A stretch of 64,000 bases of DNA from an uncultured Candidatus Poseidoniales archaeon (lineage in GTDB: Archaea; Thermoplasmatota; Poseidoniia; Poseidoniales; Thalassarchaeaceae). This document shows, in pieces, positions 46,784-57,308 of this stretch (position 1 is its first letter; every line of letters begins with the position of its first letter). The notes under the pieces were generated by a model. It searched no databases. It was not told the origin of the DNA and worked only from the letters and a program-made list of their open reading frames with translations. The DNA lies in NCBI GenBank assembly GCA_902625325.1, contig CACOAW010000003.1:19097-83096 (forward strand), given 5' to 3'. Both the position numbers and the translations under genes were made by a program.

Positions 46784-47944
46784 ATGCTTATACCAGTAAT
46801 TTCTTCCCAATCATTATTTTTACTGAAACGTATACCGGAAAGTGTGTCAGATACCGTAATCCTTGTTGCGGGGGCTCGTCCAAACTTCATGAAGATAGCC
46901 CCAATACATAAGCAATTGAGACATAGAGGGGTAAATACCCTCCTAGTCCATACCGGGCAACATTATGATCATAATATGAGCCAGGTTTTTTTCGATGAAT
47001 TAGGAATTCCCGAACCAGATATCCATATGGGGGTGGGCAGCGATTCCCATTCAAGACAAACTGCCAAAATAATGATTCATTTCGAAGACGTTTGCCTGGA
47101 ACATAATCCTCGAATGGTGGTTGTTGTCGGAGATGTCAATTCCACCTTGGCATGTGCAATAACTGCAAAAAAACTTGGGATTACAGTCGCTCATGTAGAG
47201 GCCGGACTCCGGTCCAGAGATATACAAATGCCCGAGGAAATCAATAGGGTCTTGACTGATAGAATTTCAGATCTACTTTTCACAACTTCCAGAGGTGCAA
47301 ATGAAAATCTTTTTTCAGAAGGTTGTTCATCAGAAAGTATTTTTTTTGTGGGTAATGTTATGATTGACAGTTTGTATAAGGCGGTAAAACACTCTCAAAA
47401 ATCTACAATTTTGAAGGATATCGGAGTTGTGGAACAAGGATACTGCCTAGTAACAATGCACCGGCCATCTAATGTTGATAATTTATCAACTCTCTCAGGA
47501 TTAATTCTAGCTCTTGAACAGATTTCAAGAGAAATTCCAATAATTATTCCTGCACATCCAAGGACCGTTCATTCTCTAGAAAGATTCGAAATGGCTGATA
47601 GGATAAGAAATAATAATCAAATTTATCTTATTCCGGCACAGGGATATTTTGATTTCATCAATCTCGTAAAAAATTCGAAATTTGTTATGACTGATTCAGG
47701 TGGTTTGCAGGAGGAATCCACAATATTGGGGGTGCAATGTCTGACACTTAGAAAGAACACAGAAAGGCCAATAACTGTGACTCAGGGTACAAACAAGGTA
47801 GTTGGTACTGAGACAAAGGATATCATAGACGCGTTTCACAATCTGGACTTTTCTAAAAAAACTCAAAGTCCAGAATATTGGGATGGAAAGACTGCCCATC
47901 GAATTGCCAAGGTAATCGTTGATCAGTTAAGCGCGGCAGTCTAA
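46784..47944 (+). CDS. wecB: UDP-N-acetylglucosamine 2-epimerase, non-hydrolysing (start probably GTG 46844)
   Basis: GARPNFMK, HTGQHYD, GDVNST, HVEAGLRS, PEEINR, TDSGGLQEE and TERP. Confidence 0.95.
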   Translation: MLIPVISSQSLFLLKRIPESVSDTVILVAGARPNFMKIAPIHKQLRHRGVNTLLVHTGQHYDHNMSQVFFDELGIPEPDIHMGVGSDSHSRQTAKIMIHFEDVCLEHNPRMVVVVGDVNSTLACAITAKKLGITVAHVEAGLRSRDIQMPEEINRVLTDRISDLLFTTSRGANENLFSEGCSSESIFFVGNVMIDSLYKAVKHSQKSTILKDIGVVEQGYCLVTMHRPSNVDNLSTLSGLILALEQISREIPIIIPAHPRTVHSLERFEMADRIRNNNQIYLIPAQGYFDFINLVKNSKFVMTDSGGLQEESTILGVQCLTLRKNTERPITVTQGTNKVVGTETKDIIDAFHNLDFSKKTQSPEYWDGKTAHRIAKVIVDQLSAAV

Positions 47945-50900
47945 TCTTCTCTGATGAATAATTCTATTTCCTTTGGAATTGTGACATCATGTGATGTCTG
48001 CCTCCTCACTCTTTTTGCCGCCTTATTCGATTTTTTGATAAACAATTCCGGATCATTCACCAACTCTTCTATTCCATCCGCCAGTCCAATGTGATCTTCT
48101 GGTTCAGCTAAAATAGAACATCCCCGATTCACAAATTCCGGGATTGCCGAAATCCTATTTGTGGCTGGAACTAGGCCACAAGACATAGCTTCATCCCTCC
48201 CCACTCCGTGTGAGTCCCATCTAGTAGGAGTTAAGAAAATCCCGAATTCCTGGAAAACCTTTTCGTACTCTTCATTTGTAAGGAAACCTCTTATCAAAGT
48301 GACATTTTCAAATCTTTCCAAAGGCCTAGTAACTTCTTCATACAGGGCACCATCTCCAATAATTGTGAATTCTAATTTCTTGAAACAATCCCTCCCTGAT
48401 AATTCAAGTATAGTATTTGCAGATATGTCGTTCGCATATTTTTCAGAGGCGAAGGTCCTGATGGATAGGACTTTGAAACGGTCACTCCTTTTCCTTTCTT
48501 TGAAGACAAATCTATCAGTATCTATCGGATTATGTATTATCGAATACCCATCTTCCCTTAGGGAGACCCCATAGTCTTCCATCACCTCCTCAGAGAAATA
48601 TCTAGAAACAAAAATTAGATGTAAATTTTGAGGCTGATCCCAAAGTAAGCCTTTCCAGAAGGCCTCCCTCTCTTGGCTCGCTAAGATCGCTCGTTCTCTC
48701 TCTTGATGGGTTTGATAATTGAATTCTCTTCTATGCCATGGCTGAATCTCCGAACCATGAACCCAAACATAGATTTCGGTATCATCTTCGAATTTAGATA
48801 AAACTTCCCACATTTCCTTGTTTAGAAAGTGGACGAGAATTGAATCATATCTATTGTCTGAAATTAACCTTTCTAGAGCTGTAGATGAGCCAGTGATTAC
48901 CTCTTGGCCTTCAAATTCATGGAAACTCAAAGGTGCGTTTAGCCTATGTCTGAAAACATCAACTCCCACCTCAAATGAATTATATCTTACAATTCTGCTG
49001 TGTATGAACGCATTCTTGTACAAATCGTCATACTCCGGATAATTATTTGTTAAGACTAATTGTTTGTTCCTACTCTCAACAAAACTCACTCCCCCGATGT
49101 CCCTGAATCCTATATCTATTGATCGTATCAAAGATCTTCCGGAAGAATAGGATCTAATGCCCAATAGTATGGACTGTGTTCCTTCAGCAATGTCAACTTC
49201 TGAATTGGTTCTGGAGGGAATTATCTGCGATCCAACCCTCTCTCCATTTCCATCAAAGAAAATAAATGCCAGTGAGAGTGACAAACCCGATTCACAATCA
49301 AAATAAAATTTACCTTTTCCATCAACAAAACCAAGCTCTGGAGGAGTAATTTTTTGTTTGGAGTAGTGATAATGGTGCTCACCGTCTCTCATTGAAGACT
49401 CAATAAAAATATAATTTTCATCATAGGTTAATGAGAGATTTTCTCGATTAAATTCAGAGAAAATTTCGGGCAACCCAATCCCCCTCACGGGTTTATCTGG
49501 TCCAGACACAACTTCTTTCTCCCCCATCTTATCAATTTCAGAAATATTGTATCCCTGATCGACATTTTTCAGATCTAAAACACGACCCAATTCTTCTTCA
49601 GAAAAGTTATTTTTCGGAGAAAACCAGTTTTCAAAATAATTGAATCCATCTATAGAAATGATACTCGAAATGCCCAGAGAATTATCCTCAACACTTCGAA
49701 TAAATGATTCAATGCTCAAATCCAATCCAGCCAATGATTGCGTCTTTATCACGCACGACCCAGAAGTCCATTTCTCTACGATTTTGTACTCTTCTCCATT
49801 TCCAAAATATTCCATTTCACCTCCATCGGTAATTTTCCAATAAGAGGCCTTAGTAATTGCATTACTATCACAATACCTAGTTGCGAGAGTAATGTCTGTG
49901 AGATAATTTTCCCCATAGAAGTTTAACGGTTTGAAAACCGCAACAAGACTCGAGTCCCGTAAGTTGTCTAACAATGGAGATTTCGCCGCCTCCCGAGTAC
50001 TAACCAGGCTTGCTTCTACAGTGTCTTTGACTGGCAATACAGAGATATCGTCTGAAATTATAATTAATCTTTTTTCTAAAACTTGCTGTCTTTCAACAGA
50101 CTCGAAGACAGACTGGAGCTCCTTTTCGGATGAACACTCCGCAATAATCGTAACCTTCGGACGCTTCCACTGGTATCCTTTCCCTATTATTTTGAAGATT
50201 CTGGACATTCTGTCATGATAAGTATGCTCAGTCATTACCTTCCTGAGTGCAAGCAACCTTCTCTTTTTACACCGATGATCTTCTCGGACATATTCATCCA
50301 GCTCTCTCCTAGAATTTACTCCATCGTCCGAAGCAATTAGTAAGTCTCCAAATAGGATCTTTAAACTTCTAGAATAGTTTGAAATTATCATCGTGTTCGA
50401 AGCCGCCAATTCGAAAACTCTCCTAGCCATCATTGTCTGTGAGTCCTTTACAGAATTGAAATTAAGTGCGTAATCAAATCCTTTGTATGCCTTGCTTATC
50501 TCATCATATGGCAGTTTTCCTCGGATTAACTCTTGGAACTTATCAGGAAACATGTATCTGCTATCTTCTGTCTGAAAATTCCTATCATATATCGTAACTG
50601 GAATCGGGCCCTTGGCGTACTCACTAATCACCGAATGCATATCTTGACACCTTCTGGTGTATCTCTCATAGTAAGCCCCTGCAAAACAAATCCCCCTTTC
50701 TCGTTCAATTTCCTCAATCGGATTATGAATCGCCGGTTCACAGGCAAATGGGAGAAAGTATGCACTATCGTTCCCCAGTGATTTCCTATACTTTTGAACA
50801 CAATCAATATCGGTAGTAAATACATTATCGAATAATTTAGCCGAATTAATGAATGTATTGAAGTGAACAGGGTCTTCTTTATTCCAGAATATGGTAACAA

Positions 50901-53900
50901 CGCCGTTCATTTTGCACCAATATAATAGCTCTACCAATTCAGATCCGCGGTGTGAGATTTTCCCCTTCCATTCGGAGTTTTTTCCATCCCAAGCAGATTC
51001 TACAAACAGAATTTCTGGGGAATTTTCCTCCATCTCTTCTCTCCAGTTAGTGGCCGATAACTGAATCATGTTACATGTATGCCTGAACGAGGAGTAAGAG
51101 AACTCGTCCAGAATACAGGCCACATTAGCCGATTCCATTGATTTACCGGAAAACAACCTCCTCACGGATTTGCTTACAACCTTATTTTCCAAATGTTTAA
51201 CCATATTGGATATTCTCTTCCCATGTTCTTGTTGCTCCCCAATCCCTATTTTGTCCTCCAAGAATGATATCATTTCTTCTTTCCATCCACCTTTTTCCAT
51301 TTCGGAGACCAGACGTAATGATCTGTCGAATTTCTTTTCTCTGTTGTGAATAGTGACCCCTGTTCTGAGGGATCTGTAGTCACCAAATAGTGTAAAAAAC
51401 TCATCGAACAACTCTATTGCTTCTGAGTTATTTTCCTTCGAAAGACCTCTTAATCCAGCAGTAAAGATATTCCTTCCCGATCTGTGTTCACTATCGGTCA
51501 AGCCCCTCAACACACTTGATATCAAATCCTTTTTCCGGATGTTAAGGCATCTGCTGTAATGATCAGCCAAGGACATTGTCAGTTCTATTTCAGCATAAGT
51601 TCCGTTACCGGAGGACAAAATCTCAAAATCAGCGTATTTTCGGATTAATGGTTTCGTCAAGAGACTCCATAATCGATTTTCTGAGACCCATTTCCTCCCC
51701 CTCTCTCCGTATCCGGTTATTTTTTCTGATCCACTAACTATGCCCTTTATCTTCTCCGCGAGATGTTCTGGATTATCCTTTTCAAATATGATGCCACTAT
51801 TGCTTTCTCTCACAATTTCCGTCGCTACAGTAACGTTACTCATTATCACTGGCTTAGAATATGCCATTGCTTCAATCGGTTTTATTGGAGGGATCAGTTC
51901 ACAGACTTTGTAGGATTTTCTAGGAAGTACCACTGCATCAATATTTTTGTAAAATTCACCAATCTCTTCCCGTGGAATCCTCCCCATGAAGTGAAAGTTA
52001 TCATCTATTCCCAAATCAGAAACCTGTTCTCGCAATTCCTCCTCCGAGCTCCCTCCCCCGGCAATTAGACACTTTACCCCCATCCTTTCTTTTTTTGAAA
52101 GAATGGAGATACTCTTTGCCAGATCGTCTAACCCTTCGTATGGCACAATTGAGCCAATATATCCTAGGACCAGCGTTTGCTGATCTTTGGATATTTCATC
52201 TCTACCACCAGTCTCATAATTCCCAAGAGGGAGATGAGTTATTCCATTTGGAAGAACAGAAATTTTTGATGAATCGACTCCCCAAGACTTAACCTCTTCC
52301 TTCAGTGATTCCGAAATAACAAACAAATGATCAGCAGCCATTGCGCATTGTTTTTCTAGTCTTATCATTAAAGCAAATCTTGGATCACTAGCAAAACCAG
52401 GATTGTTTGCGGCCCTAGAGAATGCCCAAACACCCCTCATTTCGTAAATGAATGGGACGGACAATGATTTTGCCACAATGGCAGAAGCAAGACCTATAGT
52501 ATGATCAGAACAGGCATGAATTATCGATGGCCTATGCTCAATAGCTTTGGATAGGATAGATTTAGCAGCTAACTGAACGTAATCCTCCATCTTGTTATCA
52601 TACATTCCAGAACTATCAGGGGAGAATATGTGATTAACACCATCAATTTCGATACTCTCTGGAATCACCTCTTCTCCAACATAATCACTCCTATCAACAG
52701 GGAAACCCCATCTAGAATTTACAATTATGTTCATACCAGATTCACTCATTGAATCTATAATGCCCTTACTCCTTATGGTGTATCCAGAAGTGATGTATGG
52801 CAACGAAGAATGAACGTTATACAAAACGGTTCCAATTTTTGGCTTGCTGTATTCAGATAAATCTCCAAGGAAGTCCAGGTCATATCCATTTTCCAACCAA
52901 TCCCTCCTCTTCTCAATTTGACGTAGCAATGTTAGCGAAGATGGTTGCAAAGAACCTTGCAAAGCCCCTATCGCTTCGGTATAGTTACCCATTCTCTCGT
53001 AGCATTGAGATGCTACCCTAATTATCCTCTCATCCGATTTATTTTCTGCCAGATAGTCATGCATTATTTCCAAAGCAGATTGAGGCTTTGAAATCATTAG
53101 TACCCTAGATGCGGCTAGAATAATTTGAATCCTCCTACTAATTCCTAAATCATTACTCAATATCGTATTAGAAATTTCTTCAATAACTGAATCATCACCA
53201 AACTCATTAATTTGGGCTGAGATTCTTGACTCTAATGTATGGAGTGGCAGTTCTGCCAAATCTGAAGAAAACTCTCCAAATTCTACCATCTCGCTGTTGA
53301 ACAGGACCTCTTTTTTATTTTCTAGCATAAGTGCACGTAGTTTTTTGACTGTGAATTCTATTGATTTATCAGGATCAGATTCACGTAAGAATTGACGAAT
53401 TAATGACGAGTCTTTTCCAATCCAAGTCAGCGATTCCCATAAGTGATTTTTTCCTACTTTTTCTGGAAAATTTCGATTTTTTAATGATTTGATTATTTGT
53501 GTCTCGTCTCCTTCTAGAATTATTGCTTCTATTTGTTCTAGAATTTTCCATTTTTCGAAATCTCGGTCTTCTTCCGAATCTATAGAATTACTCAATCGCA
53601 AGGCTTCAAAGAGAAATCCTTCTCTCTTGCATGAAAAGAATACTGCTCTCTTAATCCTGTTATCGATTAGATTTTGTCCAAGAGACCAATAATACTCAAT
53701 CCCGCACCTTTCTGAAAATTCTGCAAGAACCCTGAAGATAGAAATGCAAATTTCTTTCGTCAGAACTGGATTGATTTTGTAAGAGTCCTTCGTGACCTCT
53801 AATAGCACATCCTTGACATTCAGAACATTATATTCTAATGCCGCAAACAGTACTCTTCTCAATCTATTCGTCAGGGCATCAATACCAGGAGTTTCCCTTC

Positions 53901-54276
53901 TAAAAAAGAACTCAATTTCTTTACGAGCAATATTTTCAATTAACCATTTTTCTTGCGGGGAAATTCGTAAAGCGTCAATCAAGATTTCTTGGCGGTGGAG
54001 TCCTTCGGATAGTTCGGACAATAAAACTACTGCCTCAATAGAATCAGGATTACCAAGGACCACCTCTAGAACGCTTTTTCTTGCAACCTCAAAATCGCCG
54101 CTCTCTTTCAATTCCTCTATCCTTTCTCTATCAATAAGAACTGCCTTACTTGTAGAATTAGTACCATCCTTTTCAACTTCAATGCGCTGTAAATTATCAG
54201 GATTCGACTGTAAATCTTCAATTTCCATAAAACCGATTTTTTTTATTTTCCTAAGCAGTTTTGCCAGCGGGCCCAT
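47941..54276 (-). CDS. Giant multi-domain glycosyltransferase (helical/TPR-like + GT4 + CgeB-like GT + degenerate GT2 + beta domain + GT4), putative polysaccharide polymerase
   Basis: SGYTIRS...YEMRG.W...PIKPIEAMA (GT4); ILDEFS..LFVESAW..FWNKEDP..ARRVFE (CgeB-like); YG.NYL.D; NNYP.YDDLY..F.H.R...DS.GV.RDEAMSCG (GT4). The ATG lies 2 nt after the wecC stop. Confidence 0.85.
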   Translation of the reverse strand: MGPLAKLLRKIKKIGFMEIEDLQSNPDNLQRIEVEKDGTNSTSKAVLIDRERIEELKESGDFEVARKSVLEVVLGNPDSIEAVVLLSELSEGLHRQEILIDALRISPQEKWLIENIARKEIEFFFRRETPGIDALTNRLRRVLFAALEYNVLNVKDVLLEVTKDSYKINPVLTKEICISIFRVLAEFSERCGIEYYWSLGQNLIDNRIKRAVFFSCKREGFLFEALRLSNSIDSEEDRDFEKWKILEQIEAIILEGDETQIIKSLKNRNFPEKVGKNHLWESLTWIGKDSSLIRQFLRESDPDKSIEFTVKKLRALMLENKKEVLFNSEMVEFGEFSSDLAELPLHTLESRISAQINEFGDDSVIEEISNTILSNDLGISRRIQIILAASRVLMISKPQSALEIMHDYLAENKSDERIIRVASQCYERMGNYTEAIGALQGSLQPSSLTLLRQIEKRRDWLENGYDLDFLGDLSEYSKPKIGTVLYNVHSSLPYITSGYTIRSKGIIDSMSESGMNIIVNSRWGFPVDRSDYVGEEVIPESIEIDGVNHIFSPDSSGMYDNKMEDYVQLAAKSILSKAIEHRPSIIHACSDHTIGLASAIVAKSLSVPFIYEMRGVWAFSRAANNPGFASDPRFALMIRLEKQCAMAADHLFVISESLKEEVKSWGVDSSKISVLPNGITHLPLGNYETGGRDEISKDQQTLVLGYIGSIVPYEGLDDLAKSISILSKKERMGVKCLIAGGGSSEEELREQVSDLGIDDNFHFMGRIPREEIGEFYKNIDAVVLPRKSYKVCELIPPIKPIEAMAYSKPVIMSNVTVATEIVRESNSGIIFEKDNPEHLAEKIKGIVSGSEKITGYGERGRKWVSENRLWSLLTKPLIRKYADFEILSSGNGTYAEIELTMSLADHYSRCLNIRKKDLISSVLRGLTDSEHRSGRNIFTAGLRGLSKENNSEAIELFDEFFTLFGDYRSLRTGVTIHNREKKFDRSLRLVSEMEKGGWKEEMISFLEDKIGIGEQQEHGKRISNMVKHLENKVVSKSVRRLFSGKSMESANVACILDEFSYSSFRHTCNMIQLSATNWREEMEENSPEILFVESAWDGKNSEWKGKISHRGSELVELLYWCKMNGVVTIFWNKEDPVHFNTFINSAKLFDNVFTTDIDCVQKYRKSLGNDSAYFLPFACEPAIHNPIEEIERERGICFAGAYYERYTRRCQDMHSVISEYAKGPIPVTIYDRNFQTEDSRYMFPDKFQELIRGKLPYDEISKAYKGFDYALNFNSVKDSQTMMARRVFELAASNTMIISNYSRSLKILFGDLLIASDDGVNSRRELDEYVREDHRCKKRRLLALRKVMTEHTYHDRMSRIFKIIGKGYQWKRPKVTIIAECSSEKELQSVFESVERQQVLEKRLIIISDDISVLPVKDTVEASLVSTREAAKSPLLDNLRDSSLVAVFKPLNFYGENYLTDITLATRYCDSNAITKASYWKITDGGEMEYFGNGEEYKIVEKWTSGSCVIKTQSLAGLDLSIESFIRSVEDNSLGISSIISIDGFNYFENWFSPKNNFSEEELGRVLDLKNVDQGYNISEIDKMGEKEVVSGPDKPVRGIGLPEIFSEFNRENLSLTYDENYIFIESSMRDGEHHYHYSKQKITPPELGFVDGKGKFYFDCESGLSLSLAFIFFDGNGERVGSQIIPSRTNSEVDIAEGTQSILLGIRSYSSGRSLIRSIDIGFRDIGGVSFVESRNKQLVLTNNYPEYDDLYKNAFIHSRIVRYNSFEVGVDVFRHRLNAPLSFHEFEGQEVITGSSTALERLISDNRYDSILVHFLNKEMWEVLSKFEDDTEIYVWVHGSEIQPWHRREFNYQTHQERERAILASQEREAFWKGLLWDQPQNLHLIFVSRYFSEEVMEDYGVSLREDGYSIIHNPIDTDRFVFKERKRSDRFKVLSIRTFASEKYANDISANTILELSGRDCFKKLEFTIIGDGALYEEVTRPLERFENVTLIRGFLTNEEYEKVFQEFGIFLTPTRWDSHGVGRDEAMSCGLVPATNRISAIPEFVNRGCSILAEPEDHIGLADGIEELVNDPELFIKKSNKAAKRVRRQTSHDVTIPKEIELFIRED

Positions 54277-54278
54277 AA

Positions 54279-55583
54279 TTACACCCCGATTCCATGATAT
54301 TTCCAACCGATCCTTTCCATTTCGGATCTATCCAATGCCCTCCTGCCGTCGAATACGACGCCCGACCTGCAATTTTTCAGAATTCTGACCCAATCTAAAG
54401 ATAAGCAATCATCATGAGCAGTTGCTAAAACCACCATATCACATTCTGTTCCAATCGGATTATCGATGTTTTCGCACCATTCTGGGAAGTCAGCATCTTC
54501 TACAAATGGGTCCCAAATCATCACCCTAGTCCCATTTTTTTCCAATTCCTCTATCATTATCTTAACTGGAGTCTCTCTACTATCACCCAATCCAGGTTTG
54601 TATGAGTATCCAAGGACTAGGACCTCCTTTCCCTTTGCTCCGTTCAATAGATCTTTAATTTTCTCAACTGCGAAAATTGGCATCGACTCGTTTATCATTC
54701 TAGAAACTGGACTTATTTCTGATTTCGTTCCGGATTTTCTACATAATTCAATGTAATAATACGGGTCTACCGGGATGCAATGGCCACCGACGCCGATTCC
54801 TGGCTCATGATAGTGAAAATTCCACTTGGTCCTGGCCGCCTTAAGGACATCCATAACATCCAGTCCGATAGAGGGGAGGGTTTTGGATAACTCGTTAACG
54901 AAAGCGATATCAATATCCCTCTGAGTGTTTTCTACCATCTTTGCGGCTTCTGCAACTTCAATTTCACCCACATAAGTACAACCTCCTGAGGTAATTTTTC
55001 CATAAACTTCGGCAAGCATCATTCCAACTTTTTCATCGATGGAACCGACTATTCTAGCGACTTGACTTGCGGACTTTCCGATATCCCCTGGACTTACTCT
55101 TTCCGGAGAATATGCAAGCTGGAAATCTTCTCCCATGACCAAGTCGTATTTTTTAGCCGACCTTTCGGCCAGCATTCTTGTTACTCCCGGAAAAACTGTA
55201 CTTTCTAACACCACTATTGTCCCAGATCTACTTTTTACATTCTTGATCGTTGAATCCATCGCCATCTCCACAAAACTAAGATCCGGAGTCTTGTCTTCAT
55301 GAGTAGGAGTGGGGACGGTTATCACTACCATATCAGAAGATTTCACGGCTTCTTCATAATCAGATGTGATTTTCCATCTACTGGACTGATATGGAATATC
55401 CCAACCAATCGTTGAATCGGAAAGATGTGAAATCCCTCTCGACAGTTTCTCTACTACATTTACATCAACATCTAGCCCTGTTACCCTGAATCCAGAATCA
55501 TGGAAAGCAATCGATGTCGGGAGGCCTACGTAACCCAAACCAATAATTGCAACATTTTCAATATCCTTATTTTCAGATGTCAT
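54279..55583 (-). CDS. wecC: UDP-N-acetyl-hexosamine dehydrogenase (WecC/WbpA-like)
   Basis: IGLGYVGLP, VPTP, LESTVFPG, YSPER..PG, AEAAKMVEN..RD, GVGGHCIPVDP and D.RETP. Confidence 0.85.
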   Translation of the reverse strand: MTSENKDIENVAIIGLGYVGLPTSIAFHDSGFRVTGLDVDVNVVEKLSRGISHLSDSTIGWDIPYQSSRWKITSDYEEAVKSSDMVVITVPTPTHEDKTPDLSFVEMAMDSTIKNVKSRSGTIVVLESTVFPGVTRMLAERSAKKYDLVMGEDFQLAYSPERVSPGDIGKSASQVARIVGSIDEKVGMMLAEVYGKITSGGCTYVGEIEVAEAAKMVENTQRDIDIAFVNELSKTLPSIGLDVMDVLKAARTKWNFHYHEPGIGVGGHCIPVDPYYYIELCRKSGTKSEISPVSRMINESMPIFAVEKIKDLLNGAKGKEVLVLGYSYKPGLGDSRETPVKIMIEELEKNGTRVMIWDPFVEDADFPEWCENIDNPIGTECDMVVLATAHDDCLSLDWVRILKNCRSGVVFDGRRALDRSEMERIGWKYHGIGV

Positions 55584-55591
55584 GAAATCAC

Positions 55592-56323
55592 CTAGGAATT
55601 TATCAATTCACGATACGAGGACATCACTTCTTCGATATCTCCTCTGAAGTGGAGGGAGCCAGAATCTAAGACAATTCCCGTGGTACATATTTCCTTGGCC
55701 AGGCCAAAAGAATGAGTAGAAATTATCACAGTACCTGACCTATCAACGAATTCTCTCAGTCTGTTTTGAGCCCTTTCTCTGAACTCGGCATCCCCCACTC
55801 CTAGAGTCTCGTCAATGAGTAATATATCTGGATCCAGTGCGGTGATAAATCCAAAACCCAATTTACCTTTCATCCCAGATGAATAACCACGAACATTTCT
55901 GTCTATGTCATCCTTTAATCCTGCAAACTCTATTACCGATTCGCAGAAATCTTGCATATTTTCATCTTCCACCCCGTATGCCAGGGCTAGCTCGGTAACA
56001 TTCTTTCTTCCCGATGTATCAGCGAAGAATCCAGGGTCAGTACCCGCAAGAAGAATCACTCTCCCGGATGTCTCAATTTTTCCTTTTGACGGTCTAACAT
56101 TGCCGCATATTGACTTCAAAAGCGTGGATTTACCAGCTCCGTTCTTCCCTATTAGAGCCACAGTTTCGCCCTTTCTAATCCTCAAGTCGATGCCATCCAG
56201 CGCGGTTATCAGCTTTATTTTTCCCCGAGGTTGGAAAATACTATGTGAGAATTCTACATATTCAATAGAAAGATTTGAAATTTTCACTTCTCCATTTTCT
56301 AAGACCATGATGAAGCCTCCCAT
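55592..56323 (-). CDS. Polysaccharide ABC exporter ATP-binding subunit (Wzt/KpsT/TagH-like, no C-terminal sugar-binding domain)
   Basis: G.NGAGKST, YSSGM and LLIDE.LGVGD..F. Confidence 0.9.
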   Translation of the reverse strand: MGGFIMVLENGEVKISNLSIEYVEFSHSIFQPRGKIKLITALDGIDLRIRKGETVALIGKNGAGKSTLLKSICGNVRPSKGKIETSGRVILLAGTDPGFFADTSGRKNVTELALAYGVEDENMQDFCESVIEFAGLKDDIDRNVRGYSSGMKGKLGFGFITALDPDILLIDETLGVGDAEFRERAQNRLREFVDRSGTVIISTHSFGLAKEICTTGIVLDSGSLHFRGDIEEVMSSYRELINS

Positions 56324-57114
56324 CGTTGCCTATCTAGACTCGAATAACCTCGAAATGAGAGGAATATAACCGTTAATGTGACTCCTGCCATCAAAGAGAC
56401 AGAAAGCTCGGTAATTTCTGAAACAGTCCCACATGCATATCTGACTCCTTCGACAAAATATGCGAATGGATTGAACTCGTTGATTCTGTAATGCAACCCG
56501 TTCGTCAGAGTCATAGAATAGAATGCTGGAGATCCGAAGAACATCAGAAGCAGGAAGTAGTTATTCACTATCGGATATAGATCGGGCATCCTCTTCAATA
56601 ACAATGCCAAATTCAACGCCACTCCTTCTGAGAGAACACCCAATGTTACGCAGGATAATATGAAAATTGCAACTCCGAAATAATTGATGCCCATGGCCAA
56701 GAGAATTACTGCGATTCCGATTCCTTGAATAAATGAATCAAAAACTCGATACTTCAGCATCGCCCTCGAGAAAACCTTCGTACGGATTCTTTCAGCCCTA
56801 ATGCCTCCAGAAAAGTCATTCACCGAAGAAACCCCCGATTTGAATGAATTTTGGAAAACTCTGAATAGACTTATTCCAATAAATAGAACTCGAGCATCGG
56901 GGTTTGATCGAATCACCGTGAAAACAAATAGATACAGTGAAGAAAGTAAAATTGGATCCAATATCAACCAAGCGACGCCAAGACGCCTCCTTCCAGACAT
57001 AGCCCTGATCTTCCTTCGAAAGATGAAATCAACCCTTTTCTTATCCATTTTTATTTGCTTTGAACTCAGGTTATTACCGTCATGGCATCCAGAATTCTCG
57101 ATTACCCTAATCAT
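56299..57114 (-). CDS. Polysaccharide ABC exporter permease (Wzm/KpsM/TagG-like)
   Basis: LG.AW.ILDP, about six TM segments, F.SP.FY and NP....EG.R; adjacent to the ATPase gene. Confidence 0.85.
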   Translation of the reverse strand: MIRVIENSGCHDGNNLSSKQIKMDKKRVDFIFRRKIRAMSGRRRLGVAWLILDPILLSSLYLFVFTVIRSNPDARVLFIGISLFRVFQNSFKSGVSSVNDFSGGIRAERIRTKVFSRAMLKYRVFDSFIQGIGIAVILLAMGINYFGVAIFILSCVTLGVLSEGVALNLALLLKRMPDLYPIVNNYFLLLMFFGSPAFYSMTLTNGLHYRINEFNPFAYFVEGVRYACGTVSEITELSVSLMAGVTLTVIFLSFRGYSSLDRQRWEASSWS

Positions 57115-57308
57115 TGTGACATTCTCCCTGATTAAGTTCTATTTACGAAATTCGCTATCGCTAAATGAGAAAATTGTGAACCTCGTGTTTTTCTGAGAAC
57201 GAGTTTAAAATCAGACTCAAATAGCTCTCCTCAATTTTGAGAAATCGAATTCTGTTTTAGCCTTTGGTGATAACAAAGTTTCATAGTTATGATTAATTTC
57301 GCTTAATT

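Larger units (their letters stand above)
24480..57200. other. Surface-glycan biosynthesis island, visibly AT-richer than its flanks
   Basis: About 27 glycan-related or small accessory genes in mixed orientations. A/T runs are frequent compared with the ppsA and ahcY flanks (judged by eye, not computed). Confidence 0.75.

Noticed and set aside
57115..57308. SAH/SAM riboswitch upstream of ahcY
   Set aside because: The region is AT-rich with no convincing stems or riboswitch consensus. Only the short shared motif is reported.
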